Part shown: in pieces, positions 38,511 through 49,268 of the stretch
Layout: every line of letters begins with the position of its first letter
Numbering within the stretch: position 1 is the stretch's first letter
Assembly (NCBI GenBank): GCA_963678065.2
Contig: CAXXVZ010000004.1
Span: 320,001-384,000, forward strand
Length of the DNA: 64,000 nt
Reading direction: 5' to 3'
From: Treponemataceae bacterium
Lineage (GTDB): Bacteria > Spirochaetota > Spirochaetia > Treponematales > Rectinemataceae
Notes under the pieces: generated by a model
Seen by the model: the letters and a program-made list of their open reading frames with translations, nothing else
Told to the model about the DNA's origin: nothing
The model's database searches: none
Made by a program: the position numbers and the translations under genes

Positions 38511-41500
38511 TTAAGGCTTCCCCATTTGCAATAGGATTCCGTGCTTGACCAGGCCTCGCTCCAGAGTGATCTGGCAATCCACAAGACGCCGGCCGTCCAT
38601 CTCGATCCAGGAAATTCCCCGCTCGAAATTCCCGGGATTCTCGACCCGGATCTCGTAGAGCGCCTCGCCATGACGGTAATTCATGCGGAAACCGCTCCAC
38701 CAGGCAGGGATGACGGGATCGAGTTCCAACCGGTCCCCGCGCACCTTCAACCCGAGAACCTCTTCCACCCAGGCGCGGTACATCCACGCTGCGGAGCCCG
38801 TGTACCATGACCAGCCGCCCTGGCCTGTGCGCCCCGCCAGCCGGTAGACATCCGCCACCGCCACATAGGGTTCTGCCGAGTACCGACGGACCGCTTCGGG
38901 GTTCCGCGCCTGCTCGACAGGATTCAGCATGCGCAAAAGCGTGGCTGCGCGCGTGCCATCCCCGCTGTGCGCCATCGCCATGGCGAGCCAGAGGGCGGCA
39001 TGTGTGTACTGACCTCCGTTTTCGCGCACACCCGGGGGGTAGGCCTGGATGTACCCCGGTGAGGGCGCGGTTGTGTCGAAGGGAGGCGTGAAGAGCAGCA
39101 CCAGCCCTTCATCCTCATGGACGAGCTCTTTCCACGCAGAATCCAGCGCAATCCTCGATCGCGCCGTATCGCCGCCGCTCAGGAAGGCCCAGGACTGGGG
39201 CAGGGAGTCGATTCTCGCCTCGGCGTTCGCCGACGAGCCAAGCAAGGTGCCGTCATCGAAGATCGCCCGTATGTACCACTCCCCGTCCCAGGCTGCCCGC
39301 TCGATCCGGCCGATCAGCGCTTCCCGCTGCTCAAGATAGACCCTGCCCTCGTCGGCCAGTCCCATGAGAGCGGACATCTCGGACATCCCCCGGAGCACAT
39401 CCACCAAGAACCATGCCAGCCAGACGCTCTCCCCCCTGCCTCCTGCTCCCACCAGATTCATCCCGTCATTCCAGTCCCCTGTGCCCATGAGGGGCAGCCC
39501 GTGCACCCCCTCCGTAAGACCCCGTGCAACCGCGCGGCGGCAGTGCTCGAACAGACTGGCCCGCTCGGCGGCGACCGTCGGCGTGAAGAATGCCTCGTGC
39601 TGATACTCCCGGAGCGCCGGTCCTTCGAGGAAGGGAACCTCCGCATTCAGGATACCCGCATCGCCGGAAACCCGCACATACTGGGCGACGACAAAAGGCA
39701 GCCACAGGAGGTCGTCTGATATTCGCGAGCGGATTCCCGCTCCGCCAGGAGGATGCCACCAATGCTGGACATCGCCTTCCCTGAACTGCCGGCCCGCCGC
39801 GAGGATGATGTGATCACGTGCCAGGTTGGGAGAGGCGTAGAGGAGGGCCATGACGTCCTGCAACTGGTCGCGAAAACCGAACGCGCCCCCGGACTGGTAG
39901 AAGGCTGATCTCCCCCAGATCCGGCAACTGAGGCTCTGGTACAAAAGCCATCTGTTGATGAGAAAATCTGCCGCGAGCTCGGGCGTATGCACCTCGACCA
40001 CGCCCAGGAGATCGTTCCACCACGCTTTCGTCTCTGCGAGCGCGGCCTCCACGGCCATGGCATCACGGTAGGCGAGCACCAGGGCGCAGGCTTCTTCCCG
40101 CGATCCGGCCTCGCCGAGCATGCAGACTATTTCCGTAGTTTCGCCGGGGGCCAGCTCGAAGGCGACCCGCATGGCAGCGCAGGGATCGTAACCCGCGCCG
40201 GTTCTGCCGGAGAGCGCGGCATGCTCCATGGCCGCAGCGGATTTCAGGGAACCGTTGCGCCCCAGGAAGGATGTACGATCGCCGCAGAAGGAATCGGTAC
40301 CCGGGCTGAGGGCGGCAAAGGCGACCCTTTCGCTGTAGTCGGGGTTGAAGCGATTCCGGGCAGTTATCGCCCGCATCCCGTCGTCCCACGCCGTCACGAC
40401 ATGCATTCGGCTTGTCTCGCTGTGCTCGCCGAGCAGCAATTCGACATAATAGGTCAACGAGAGGGCTCGCGGACGGGAGCTGGTGTTCTTCAGCCGCAGC
40501 ACCTGCAGCTTGATCGGCTGCCCCCCGTCCCGATCCATCGGAACAAAAACTGTCAGCTCCTGGTCGATCCCGTTACTGTTGTGCTCGAAGACCGAGTAGC
40601 CCGCGCCGTGCCGCGCCCGGTAGGCGGTTTCCTCCCGGATGGGCGATGCGGTGGGTGTCCAGCAACGGCCTGTCTTTTCATCCCGTATGTAGAGCGCCTC
40701 GGAGGCCGGATCCACCACGGGATCGTTCGACCACTCGGTCAGACGGTTTCGTTGGCTGTTTCCGCTCCAGGTGAATCCCGATCCCCTCTCGCTGATCAGA
40801 GCACCGAAACCCGGGTTGGCGATGACATTCACCCAGGGAGCGGGTGTGTCTGTACCGGCGCTGAGATAGATCGCGTACTCGTGTCCGTCAGGAGTGAATC
40901 CGCCGAGTCCGTTGAAGTAGGGCAGTTCCAGAAATGGCAGAGGGGAAGAAGGATCCTGGGGCGCAGCCTTCCATGACGGCTTTTCCTCCTGATCGGGAGC
41001 CTCTGCCGGGATGCCTACCTGCCAAGCCAGAGCGCCTCGCGCCGATACGAACACAATGTTCGCGGCCGCCAGGAGGAGGGTCAGGTCGGCCTCCGGGATC
41101 TGATCCGCACTGCGCAGAAAAACCCCGCCGGGCTTGTCCCTGCCCGTGTTCGTCGAATGTGCCTGGATGAGACCTTCCAGCCTCTCGTGCAGCGGCCGTT
41201 CGTAGCCATCGGTCTCTTCGGCGAGGATCACGAGATCCGCCATCAGCCCGTGCATCCGCCAATAGGTGTGAGCCTGGAGCATCTGCCCGACCAGGCCGAC
41301 ATCGCGGATCTCCCCGATGGTGACGAGGGCGATGGGAAGGTCGCCGGAGATTCCATATTTCCAGAGGCCTGCCTGGCCCCGTGTATTTTCTTCGATCTTC
41401 CCGGCGGGAGCGCGCAACAGCCGGTTGGGGTACAGGAGGTGGCTGGCCAGCTGCTGGAAACGGCGGGCATCGTCGCTCTGAATGTGCAGAACGCGCAGCT

Positions 41501-44500
41501 CGAGTTGGGCGGCCGCCCACGCGAAGTCCATTGCGCGGTCGATGGCATGAGGATCCGCGTATTTGCCCATGAGACTCACAACCTGCTCCCGGGTCTCGCC
41601 GGCAGCGATGACGAGGGACAGTGTCATGTGCTGTCCCGGCGCCAGGGAGAGAGTGGTTCGAAGGCTGAAAATGGGGTCGAGGACATTGCCTTCGCTGTTG
41701 TGCGGCTCCCCGAAGATGCCTGCGGGATCGGCGAGCGATCGGCCCCGGCCTATGAACTGACTGCGATCAGTCTCGAATCGCATGTCCGCCTCAGCTCCGG
41801 CTTCGGGGGTGAGGCGGTGCGCCACATACACAGGAAGGGCATCCCCCCCGCGTGGCCGCCGGAATGCCAGAAGTGCATGCTGCTGGCGCAAGGCTTCCGT
41901 CCGGATGAACAGTCTGCTGAAGGCAGGGTGCTGCCTGTCGGCTGCGTGAGGGGCCATTGAAAGCTCGATGTAACTCGAGCACTCCAGACGGCGGGTGCGG
42001 AGGGATCGATTCGTCAGGGTCACGCGGCGGATCTCGACGTCGTCTTCAGGAGACACGACAATCTCCATCCGGGACAGAATTCCGTTTTCGAGGCGCTGGA
42101 AGATGGCCCGATCGAGCGCGAAGGTGGCCAAGCCGCCTTCCCCCTTTCCTCCGACAGGCTGGTACGTCGCCGACCACATGCCATCGGAGTCTGGCTCGTG
42201 GATGTAGAAAAAGGTCCCCCACGGGTCCCTGGTAGGGTCCGATCTCCATCGTGTGATCTCCTGTGCGCCCCACTGGCTGTATCCACCGCCTGAATTGGAG
42301 ACCATCACGCTATACCGACCGTTGCTGAGGAGCTGCGTTTTGGGCATCCGGGTATGCACTATGTCGAAAGTGCTCGTCGAGGGGGCCAGCTCGCCGATAT
42401 CCTGTGCGGATTGTACACGTTCATGCATGGAGATGGTGTGGACCGGGGGACGGAGCGGAACGCGTTCGTGAAGCAAGGCCTCTACGGAGCGAACGCGCGC
42501 GTCGGCATGGAACCTCCGGCGGATGGAGCCATCAAAAAGGAAATTTGTCAGGGAAAGGAATCCCATGCCCTGGTGATGCGCCATGTAGCTCTGAACCACG
42601 ACACCGCGTCCGCCTGCCCTGCCGGGCTGGCGGCTGAAGTCGATCGCCTCGTAGTACCCGTGCGTATCGAGCAGCCCGAGTTCGGCCAGGCGCCGCAGGT
42701 TCCGGAGGGTCTCACGCGGCGCGATCCCCAGCGCCAGCAGGCTCGCATAAGGAGCGACAACGATCTTCTCTTCCGCTTCGCGCTTCAAGCCGAGCCCGGG
42801 GACACCAAATGCCCGGTACTGGTAGATCCTGTTGAGATCCATGTCCGCGAAGGCCGATTCCGAGATCCCCCACGGCATCCGATGCCGGCGACCATAATCC
42901 ATCTGCACCGCAAGCGCCCCGCGCGTGGCCTCTTCGAGGAGCGTGTTCGCGAGGGAATCCTGAAAAAGCAAGGGCATGAGGTATTCGAACATCGTCCCTG
43001 TCCAGCTGAGAAGGACACGGCGACGACCGAGCTTCGTGTAGGGGCGGCTGAGGGAGAACCAGTGTTCGAACGGGACATCCCCTCGAGCGATCGCGACGAA
43101 ACTGCCCAGCCGCGATTCACTCGCGAGGAGGTCATAGAAGGAGTTGTCCCTGCGGCCCTCGGAGACATTGTAGCCGATGGTGAACAGCCGCCGCCCGGAA
43201 TCGTAGAGGAAGCGCATATCGATCTGTTCCGAGAGCGCCCGACAGTCTCGGATGAGCCGCTCGCACTGATCCAGCATCTCACCCGCAAGCCAGCGCGATT
43301 TCGAGAATTCCTCCAGGAGGCGGTCGAGCCACGCGAGCATCGGGACTGAGGGCGGAGGCATTGCAGCGCGGGCTTCCTGTAGGATCGAGACGCAGCCTAC
43401 ACGCCCGTTTGCGAGGTCGATCAGGGAGGGCACAGGGTATCCATCCTTCCGAAGCGCTTCCGTCACCTTCGGACCAAGCGTGGCAATCTCCTGCCACGAC
43501 TTCTGTGCAAGGATTTCCATCCACGCGAGATACCGGTCCGCGATATTCAGCCAGGCTGCCAGCTGCCTTTCAATCTGCCTGGACCAGTAGGCCTCCTCAG
43601 CTCCCTCACCTGCCAACTGTTGCTGCCCGCCGCCGGAGAGATTGATTTCCCGCCCCCCCTCTCTCAACAGCCTGAGCATATCGACGAATCGGGGTGGTGA
43701 GGTTTCCACTTCCTTCATGAAGCGGGAAAGCGCAGGGGAACGGTCGCCGCGGGATCGTTCAGAACTCGGAATTCGCCTGAGGATTCTCCCTGTATCCTGC
43801 AGTCCGGAAAAAGCCCTCCCGTCGAGGAGGGGCTGTCCGAGCATCTCCATCAGCCCCTGCTCCAAAGTCCAGAGAGCACCCAGCAGGTTTCCGCTGTCGA
43901 CGGTCGAGACGTAGCGCGGTTCGAGAGGCACTCGCGTCCGCACATCGTACCAGTTCAAGAGATGCCCCTTGAATTGCTCGAGTCCCCCGATCGTCTTCAT
44001 GGTCCCCGTCAGTCTGCGGACGACTTCGTCCACCGTCAGGTATCCGAAATCCCGTGCCGCCAATGCGCTCAGCATCCAGAGGCCGATGTTTGTCGGACTC
44101 GTACGCATGGCGAGCTCGTTTCGCGGTGAAACCTGATAGTTGTCCGGCGGCAGCCAGGACGAGTCGGCGTTGACGAAATCGTCGAAATAGCGCCAGGTGC
44201 GGCGCGAAATAGCCCGGAGGAACTTCGTGTCCGCTGGCGGCAGCGCCCGTCGCTGATTATGCTCGCGGGTAGGCTGATTCAGAAGCCAGGCCACAAGGGG
44301 TGAAAGCAGCCATGCGGCGAGCCAGGGGCCGGCGTGCACGAGGCTCGATGGCATCCGGATCGACAGCATGAATGCGGCGAGGACACTCGCTGCGCTCACC
44401 AGCCCCATCGTCAGGACGAGGGCGGGGCGCCTCCCTGATCCGGACCCTGGCAGGACCTGAGTCGAGTTCCACTGGAGCATTCCCCTATGCGAAATGTGAC

Positions 44501-47500
44501 TGCGATACAGGGTGCGAAGGATGGCATCCATGGATAAAGCGGCTTGGTGCGGAAGCAACGAGGCCTCAGCCAGCGTCCGGAGCAGGTCGTGCGCGACGCT
44601 CGGCAGCGAGAAGCCTTTCATTCCCCGGCGGCTTGTGAGCATCGTGAAACACTGTGCGAGGGGCCGGGAGAGCAGTTGCACGGCGACAACCAGGCCTGCG
44701 ATCCAAGCCGCCCGCGCGGATATCGCCCAGGAAGCCAGGAGCAGGGCCAGGTTGGCCGCGGGCATCAGGCTGCGGCGCAGGTTGTCGAAGAGCTTCCAGC
44801 GGTCGAACCACGAAAGGGGGTTTTGCTCCGGACTTTCACCTTGTCGAGGAACCCGCGATGTAATCCACTGCGCAATCTGCCAGTCACCGCGGATCCACCG
44901 ATGCTGGCGGTCGGAAGCCGCCTCATAGCTTCGCGGGAACTCGTCGTAGAGCTCGATGTCGCTGGCCAGCCCGACACGGACGTAGGCCCCCTCTATCAGG
45001 TCATGGCTCAGGAGCCGTTCTTCAGGGAATCGCCCGCCGAGCACGCGATCGAAGGCACGCACATCGTAGATTCCCTTGCCGTAGTAGGAACCTTCGCCCG
45101 TGAGGTCCTGGTAAAAGTCAGAAACCACCCGGGCATAGGGATCGATTCCGGCCGCATCGGCGAAGAGCCGGCTGAAAGGCGAGGCGTTCGAACTCGGCAG
45201 AGAAGAGCTTGCGCGCGGCTGGATGATCGTGTAGCTGCCCGCCATCACCCTGCCCGACTCGTCGAAACGCGGCTGGTTGAGCGGATGCGCCAAGGTTTCT
45301 ATCATGCGGCGGGCAGAGCCCGGAGGAAGCTGGGTGTCGCTGTCCAGCGTGATGACGAACCTGACATTGACCAGGGCGTCCCTGCTGCCGACGCGAACGA
45401 GGCTCGGGGCTTCTTCAGGCCGCGACCCCGCGATCAACCCGTTCAACTCTTCGAGCTTGCCGCGTTTGCGCTCCCAGCCGATGAACTTCTCTTCCGATTC
45501 GCTCCACATGCGCTCGCGATGAAACAGGAAGAACCGCCTTTCGCCATAGCGGCGGTTCAGCGATTCGATATCTTCGATCGCGGCCCCCAGGAGCCGCGCG
45601 TCGTCCTCCCGATAAGCCTCGTCCGCATCCCGATAATCCGTGAAGAGGCTGAAGAGCAGGTTGTTCTCCCGGTTGGCCAGATAGCGGACTTCCAGCTTCT
45701 CTACCTCGGAGCGGATCGACTGAGGGTCACCCAAAAGAACCGGCACGACGACCAGCGTGCGAAACTGGTCAGGCACTCCGGAGATCTCGAAATCCATTTT
45801 TGGCAGGGCGCGGGGTGGCAGGATCCGCATGGCGAGGTAGTTCAGCCCCTCGAGTGCGAGCTGGCTGGCCGGGAGCGCCAGAAGCAGTGTCAAGAAGAGA
45901 CGGATCCCGAATGTCTGTCCACCTGAACTGGCCATGGCGATCAGGAGAGTCGAACCGAGAGCGAGGACGATGAAGTCAAAAAAGAAAACCGCAGTCGAAT
46001 GCCGGTATATCCAGTGGAGAAGACGGTAGCGCCGATTCTCCCCGCAATTCAGCAACCTGACGAGTTCCTGTCTGCCTTCGCCTATGAGGTAGGTTCCCAC
46101 ATGCTTTCGGCGTTCATCAGAACCGGATGGGCCGCTCATCGCTTCCTGGGCCAGCGAGAGAGCATGGCGGGCGACCAGGTCTTCCGCCTGGCCGGATGCA
46201 CGGGAAAGCTCTTCGATCACCCGGCGGTACCGGTCGCGAGTGCTGAAATCCATTTCGGGATAGACGCCGCAGGCATCGCCGCGGAGCAGATGTTCCACAC
46301 GGCTGAGACTCTCGAATATCTGTCTCCAGTCAAGCAGATCGAGCTGCTTCAGGCTCGTGAACGCATTGCCGATGGAAAGCCGGTCCTTTGTCTGGCGGTT
46401 CTGTTCGCGCAGGTTGAGCTCGCCCAGAGGCTGGCGATATGTTCGCTCCAGCCACGCTTGCACGAGTACGAGGACGGCCTCCTCGTCGTGGAGATGCCCG
46501 ACGAGTTGCGCCGCAAAATAGGGACTCGGGCCGGGGAACTCCTTCGCCAGCTCGGCGAGGATGAAGAAGAGTTGGTTCGAGCCCCGCCTGTTGGCACTGA
46601 TCAGGCGGTTCCCCCAGAAGTCGGCGTTCTCCCGCTCGCGCAGCTCGACTGCGGCGCGGAGGGCGAGGTTGCTGACACTCTCGATCAGGGCGACGCGGAG
46701 CATCTGGGGGATAGCCCAAAGCTCACCGATCGAGAGAGGGACGGAGGACTGATATGCATCGATGTACGCAAAAATATTTTCCCTGTCCAGACGAAGTTCC
46801 AAGTCAGCGAGGAACTCGCGGGCAAGATCGTAAATGCGCGGTATCCCCGGTGAGCATCCTCCTGCAAGGGTCGGAAGCTGTCGGTAGAACTTGAACGGGA
46901 GGTTCACGATGACATCGCGTGTATTGCTCTCGATGACGTATTCGTTGTCGAGGATCCACTCGGCGGTGGCAGGCGTTCCCTGCTCCAGCCGGCTGGCCTG
47001 CGAAAGCTCGACGCATATATCGTGGATATGCCGATGTGCGTCCTTCAGCCGCGAGAGCAGCACGGCTCTCTGTCGAGGCTTGGGGTCGATGCGGTGTTCG
47101 ACAGCCAAGCGCTCGGCATGTTCGCGGATCTGGACGGGCGAAAGCGGAACTCCGGACATCCTCAGGTCCGCCGGGTCTTTCGCGACGTTTTCGCGCAGAA
47201 TGAAAACGGTTGGCGGGATGTCGCCGCTTTCCTGCAACACAGAGACCGCGTCATGCAGCGTATCCATGGGCGCCCGGATGACAAGGACCGTTTCATCGGA
47301 GACCAGAGTGCGCGCGTAATCCTTCAACACCTTACTCTCGACTCCGTACCTCGATCGTCGATACAAGATCCACCCGAGGAGCAGGCCGCTGAAAGCGCCG
47401 ATCAAACCCGTCTCCGGTGTCGGCCAACCTTTGATTCCGGAGGCGCCGGCGGAGAGGAGCCCTAAAAGGACAGCGGCCACAAGAGCCGTGGTTATGCGAT

Positions 47501-47666
47501 GCCGAAGGAAGGGATCATGCGAGCGGACCTCCCCTCCTGAACTTCTGAAGAGAACTGCACTACGGTAAAAGCCCTTACTTTTCAGTTTCCTGAGGGCGTC
47601 GCCTGCTTCTTCACGTTTCGCAAAGTAGCTGAGGAGAATGCCGGATCTCCGCTCCCTTCCCGACAT
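38511..47666 (-). CDS. ndvB: Cyclic beta-1,2-glucan synthase (NdvB/ChvB/Cgs): GT84 + cyclisation domain + C-terminal GH94 phosphorylase
   Basis: EWILDNEY, GWERKRGK, ITLDSDT, LLSHDLIEG, RQHRWIRGDWQ, LPPDNYQ, RTSPTNIG, SWTGTMFEY, YQSGGAFGFRDQLQD, GDWNDG, ENGGQYTH, WYTGSA. Confidence 0.95.
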   Translation of the reverse strand: MSGRERRSGILLSYFAKREEAGDALRKLKSKGFYRSAVLFRSSGGEVRSHDPFLRHRITTALVAAVLLGLLSAGASGIKGWPTPETGLIGAFSGLLLGWILYRRSRYGVESKVLKDYARTLVSDETVLVIRAPMDTLHDAVSVLQESGDIPPTVFILRENVAKDPADLRMSGVPLSPVQIREHAERLAVEHRIDPKPRQRAVLLSRLKDAHRHIHDICVELSQASRLEQGTPATAEWILDNEYVIESNTRDVIVNLPFKFYRQLPTLAGGCSPGIPRIYDLAREFLADLELRLDRENIFAYIDAYQSSVPLSIGELWAIPQMLRVALIESVSNLALRAAVELRERENADFWGNRLISANRRGSNQLFFILAELAKEFPGPSPYFAAQLVGHLHDEEAVLVLVQAWLERTYRQPLGELNLREQNRQTKDRLSIGNAFTSLKQLDLLDWRQIFESLSRVEHLLRGDACGVYPEMDFSTRDRYRRVIEELSRASGQAEDLVARHALSLAQEAMSGPSGSDERRKHVGTYLIGEGRQELVRLLNCGENRRYRLLHWIYRHSTAVFFFDFIVLALGSTLLIAMASSGGQTFGIRLFLTLLLALPASQLALEGLNYLAMRILPPRALPKMDFEISGVPDQFRTLVVVPVLLGDPQSIRSEVEKLEVRYLANRENNLLFSLFTDYRDADEAYREDDARLLGAAIEDIESLNRRYGERRFFLFHRERMWSESEEKFIGWERKRGKLEELNGLIAGSRPEEAPSLVRVGSRDALVNVRFVITLDSDTQLPPGSARRMIETLAHPLNQPRFDESGRVMAGSYTIIQPRASSSLPSSNASPFSRLFADAAGIDPYARVVSDFYQDLTGEGSYYGKGIYDVRAFDRVLGGRFPEERLLSHDLIEGAYVRVGLASDIELYDEFPRSYEAASDRQHRWIRGDWQIAQWITSRVPRQGESPEQNPLSWFDRWKLFDNLRRSLMPAANLALLLASWAISARAAWIAGLVVAVQLLSRPLAQCFTMLTSRRGMKGFSLPSVAHDLLRTLAEASLLPHQAALSMDAILRTLYRSHISHRGMLQWNSTQVLPGSGSGRRPALVLTMGLVSAASVLAAFMLSIRMPSSLVHAGPWLAAWLLSPLVAWLLNQPTREHNQRRALPPADTKFLRAISRRTWRYFDDFVNADSSWLPPDNYQVSPRNELAMRTSPTNIGLWMLSALAARDFGYLTVDEVVRRLTGTMKTIGGLEQFKGHLLNWYDVRTRVPLEPRYVSTVDSGNLLGALWTLEQGLMEMLGQPLLDGRAFSGLQDTGRILRRIPSSERSRGDRSPALSRFMKEVETSPPRFVDMLRLLREGGREINLSGGGQQQLAGEGAEEAYWSRQIERQLAAWLNIADRYLAWMEILAQKSWQEIATLGPKVTEALRKDGYPVPSLIDLANGRVGCVSILQEARAAMPPPSVPMLAWLDRLLEEFSKSRWLAGEMLDQCERLIRDCRALSEQIDMRFLYDSGRRLFTIGYNVSEGRRDNSFYDLLASESRLGSFVAIARGDVPFEHWFSLSRPYTKLGRRRVLLSWTGTMFEYLMPLLFQDSLANTLLEEATRGALAVQMDYGRRHRMPWGISESAFADMDLNRIYQYRAFGVPGLGLKREAEEKIVVAPYASLLALGIAPRETLRNLRRLAELGLLDTHGYYEAIDFSRQPGRAGGRGVVVQSYMAHHQGMGFLSLTNFLFDGSIRRRFHADARVRSVEALLHERVPLRPPVHTISMHERVQSAQDIGELAPSTSTFDIVHTRMPKTQLLSNGRYSVMVSNSGGGYSQWGAQEITRWRSDPTRDPWGTFFYIHEPDSDGMWSATYQPVGGKGEGGLATFALDRAIFQRLENGILSRMEIVVSPEDDVEIRRVTLTNRSLRTRRLECSSYIELSMAPHAADRQHPAFSRLFIRTEALRQQHALLAFRRPRGGDALPVYVAHRLTPEAGAEADMRFETDRSQFIGRGRSLADPAGIFGEPHNSEGNVLDPIFSLRTTLSLAPGQHMTLSLVIAAGETREQVVSLMGKYADPHAIDRAMDFAWAAAQLELRVLHIQSDDARRFQQLASHLLYPNRLLRAPAGKIEENTRGQAGLWKYGISGDLPIALVTIGEIRDVGLVGQMLQAHTYWRMHGLMADLVILAEETDGYERPLHERLEGLIQAHSTNTGRDKPGGVFLRSADQIPEADLTLLLAAANIVFVSARGALAWQVGIPAEAPDQEEKPSWKAAPQDPSSPLPFLELPYFNGLGGFTPDGHEYAIYLSAGTDTPAPWVNVIANPGFGALISERGSGFTWSGNSQRNRLTEWSNDPVVDPASEALYIRDEKTGRCWTPTASPIREETAYRARHGAGYSVFEHNSNGIDQELTVFVPMDRDGGQPIKLQVLRLKNTSSRPRALSLTYYVELLLGEHSETSRMHVVTAWDDGMRAITARNRFNPDYSERVAFAALSPGTDSFCGDRTSFLGRNGSLKSAAAMEHAALSGRTGAGYDPCAAMRVAFELAPGETTEIVCMLGEAGSREEACALVLAYRDAMAVEAALAETKAWWNDLLGVVEVHTPELAADFLINRWLLYQSLSCRIWGRSAFYQSGGAFGFRDQLQDVMALLYASPNLARDHIILAAGRQFREGDVQHWWHPPGGAGIRSRISDDLLWLPFVVAQYVRVSGDAGILNAEVPFLEGPALREYQHEAFFTPTVAAERASLFEHCRRAVARGLTEGVHGLPLMGTGDWNDGMNLVGAGGRGESVWLAWFLVDVLRGMSEMSALMGLADEGRVYLEQREALIGRIERAAWDGEWYIRAIFDDGTLLGSSANAEARIDSLPQSWAFLSGGDTARSRIALDSAWKELVHEDEGLVLLFTPPFDTTAPSPGYIQAYPPGVRENGGQYTHAALWLAMAMAHSGDGTRAATLLRMLNPVEQARNPEAVRRYSAEPYVAVADVYRLAGRTGQGGWSWYTGSAAWMYRAWVEEVLGLKVRGDRLELDPVIPAWWSGFRMNYRHGEALYEIRVENPGNFERGISWIEMDGRRLVDCQITLERGLVKHGILLQMGKP

Positions 47667-47731
47667 GATCAGCTAACCAAGGGGCGGGTTGGCCATCTCC
47701 CGACCGAATCCGATCGGGTCGACACAATTCT

Positions 47732-47929
47732 TCACTTGGTGACACCCTTGAGCTTATTGATAGTTTCCTGTGCTTCCTTTTTGACCTCACGTATGGATTC
47801 CTCGACAGCTTCCTTCGCCTTGCCGGCGGCCTGGTCCTTCTTCCCTTCATTGCGAAGATTTTCGTTGTTGATCAGAGCCCCTGCAGCTTCCTTGATCCGG
47901 CCTTTCACAACATCTGTCATTCCACTCAT
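47732..47929 (-). CDS. CsbD family stress-response protein
   Basis: DVVKGRIKEAAGAL.NNENLRNEGKKDQAAGKAKEAV; AAGGAG RBS. Confidence 0.9.
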   Translation of the reverse strand: MSGMTDVVKGRIKEAAGALINNENLRNEGKKDQAAGKAKEAVEESIREVKKEAQETINKLKGVTK

Positions 47930-48247
47930 GTTTGCGACTCCTTTTCTTGTGAATTGAGATATAGGTTAGTTGAATTGGTTACTGAATCTAGGACCATCGA
48001 CCTATGCTGCGATGAAACCGGTGAAACCGAACGCCTGAGTTTTCTTTCCGCATCCCACGGAGACGAGACTCATCCTCTTGTCGCATCTGCGCAGTTTGAA
48101 GCAAATTTTTTTTTACTTCAATGAATAAGATACTAAGCCCGTTGTTCCAGGTCTATCGTTTCTCATTGAATTCCCGGAAAAGCCATACTCATTGCGAACG
48201 AGACAGGGTGATGCTATCGAATCCATAAAAATGGCTCCCTTTCGACA

Positions 48248-48271
48248 GCGATAGGACATATGTCCTATCGC
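48248..48271. promoter_or_regulatory. Perfect 24-bp palindrome, operator candidate upstream of the DMT transporter
   Basis: GCGATAGGACAT|ATGTCCTATCGC. Confidence 0.7.
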
Positions 48272-48324
48272 AGCGATGAGTGTAACGGGATACTTAAGGA
48301 GCATAAAGAAGGGAGGTCCATCTC

Positions 48325-49203
48325 ATGTACAGCGCCTTCGCACCCCTCGTCGGGGCCCTCATCACCCTCATGAATGGCGTGAACAGCCGCTTCGCCGGGT
48401 ACGCCGGCAGCCTCGTCTCCACGCTCGTCATCCATCTCGTCGGCCTCACCGCTGTCTCGGTTCTTCTTCTCGCGAGGCGCGAAGAAGTACGGCCGGGGCG
48501 CCTTCCCGTCTACTATTACCTGGGAGGCCTCGTCGGCGTAGGGACAGTCTTCTCGAACATCTACGCCTTCGCCGCCCTCGGCGCCTCGCTCGCCGTGGCA
48601 CTCTCCCTTCTCGGCCAGACCCTCTTCTCGGTCGCCGTGGACGCCACAGGCTTCCTGGGCCGGAAGAGATACTCTTTTTCCGCGCGTCGACTGCCGGGCA
48701 TAGGACTCGCCATCGCGGGCGTGGCCGTCATGGCGGGAAACTGGCGTTCAGATGTCTTCGCCATGCTCATCGCCCTCGCCTCGGGCATCCTTCCCGGCCT
48801 CTCCTTCATTCTCAATTCGGAGCTCGGGCGCCGGAAAGGCATCTTCCGGAGCACGCGCGTGAACTACCTCGTGGGACTCGCGACGACCCTCACTATCGTC
48901 GCCGCGGTCAGGCCGCCTCTGGCGACTGCCGCACGCGCGGTCGCGACGGCCGGCCCCTTTCTCGCCCTCGGAGGAGGCCTCATGGGCGTCGTGGTAGTCA
49001 CGACGATGAACTTCATCTTCCCGCGCATACCGGCCTTCTCCGCGACCCTTCTCATATTTTCCGGTCAGGCGCTGGCCGGAGTCCTCATCGACGCCGTCGC
49101 GGAGGGGGCCTTCAACGCGAGAAAGCTCATCGGCACGCTCATCCTCCTCGCGGGTCTCGCAATCAACTCTCTCATCACAAAACGGCGGAAGCGGAACCCT
49201 TGA
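48325..49203 (+). CDS. DMT superfamily transporter (tandem YdcZ-like domains)
   Basis: Two repeats of NxxL...S..V...G / YLGG.VGV / GQ....V..D; about 10 TMs; GGAGG RBS. Confidence 0.82.
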   Translation: MYSAFAPLVGALITLMNGVNSRFAGYAGSLVSTLVIHLVGLTAVSVLLLARREEVRPGRLPVYYYLGGLVGVGTVFSNIYAFAALGASLAVALSLLGQTLFSVAVDATGFLGRKRYSFSARRLPGIGLAIAGVAVMAGNWRSDVFAMLIALASGILPGLSFILNSELGRRKGIFRSTRVNYLVGLATTLTIVAAVRPPLATAARAVATAGPFLALGGGLMGVVVVTTMNFIFPRIPAFSATLLIFSGQALAGVLIDAVAEGAFNARKLIGTLILLAGLAINSLITKRRKRNP

Positions 49204-49268
49204 CCCTGTCCGGCGCTTGCCCGATACTGTTTTCAGGCCATCACCGCAGTACAAAAATGGAGGACACC

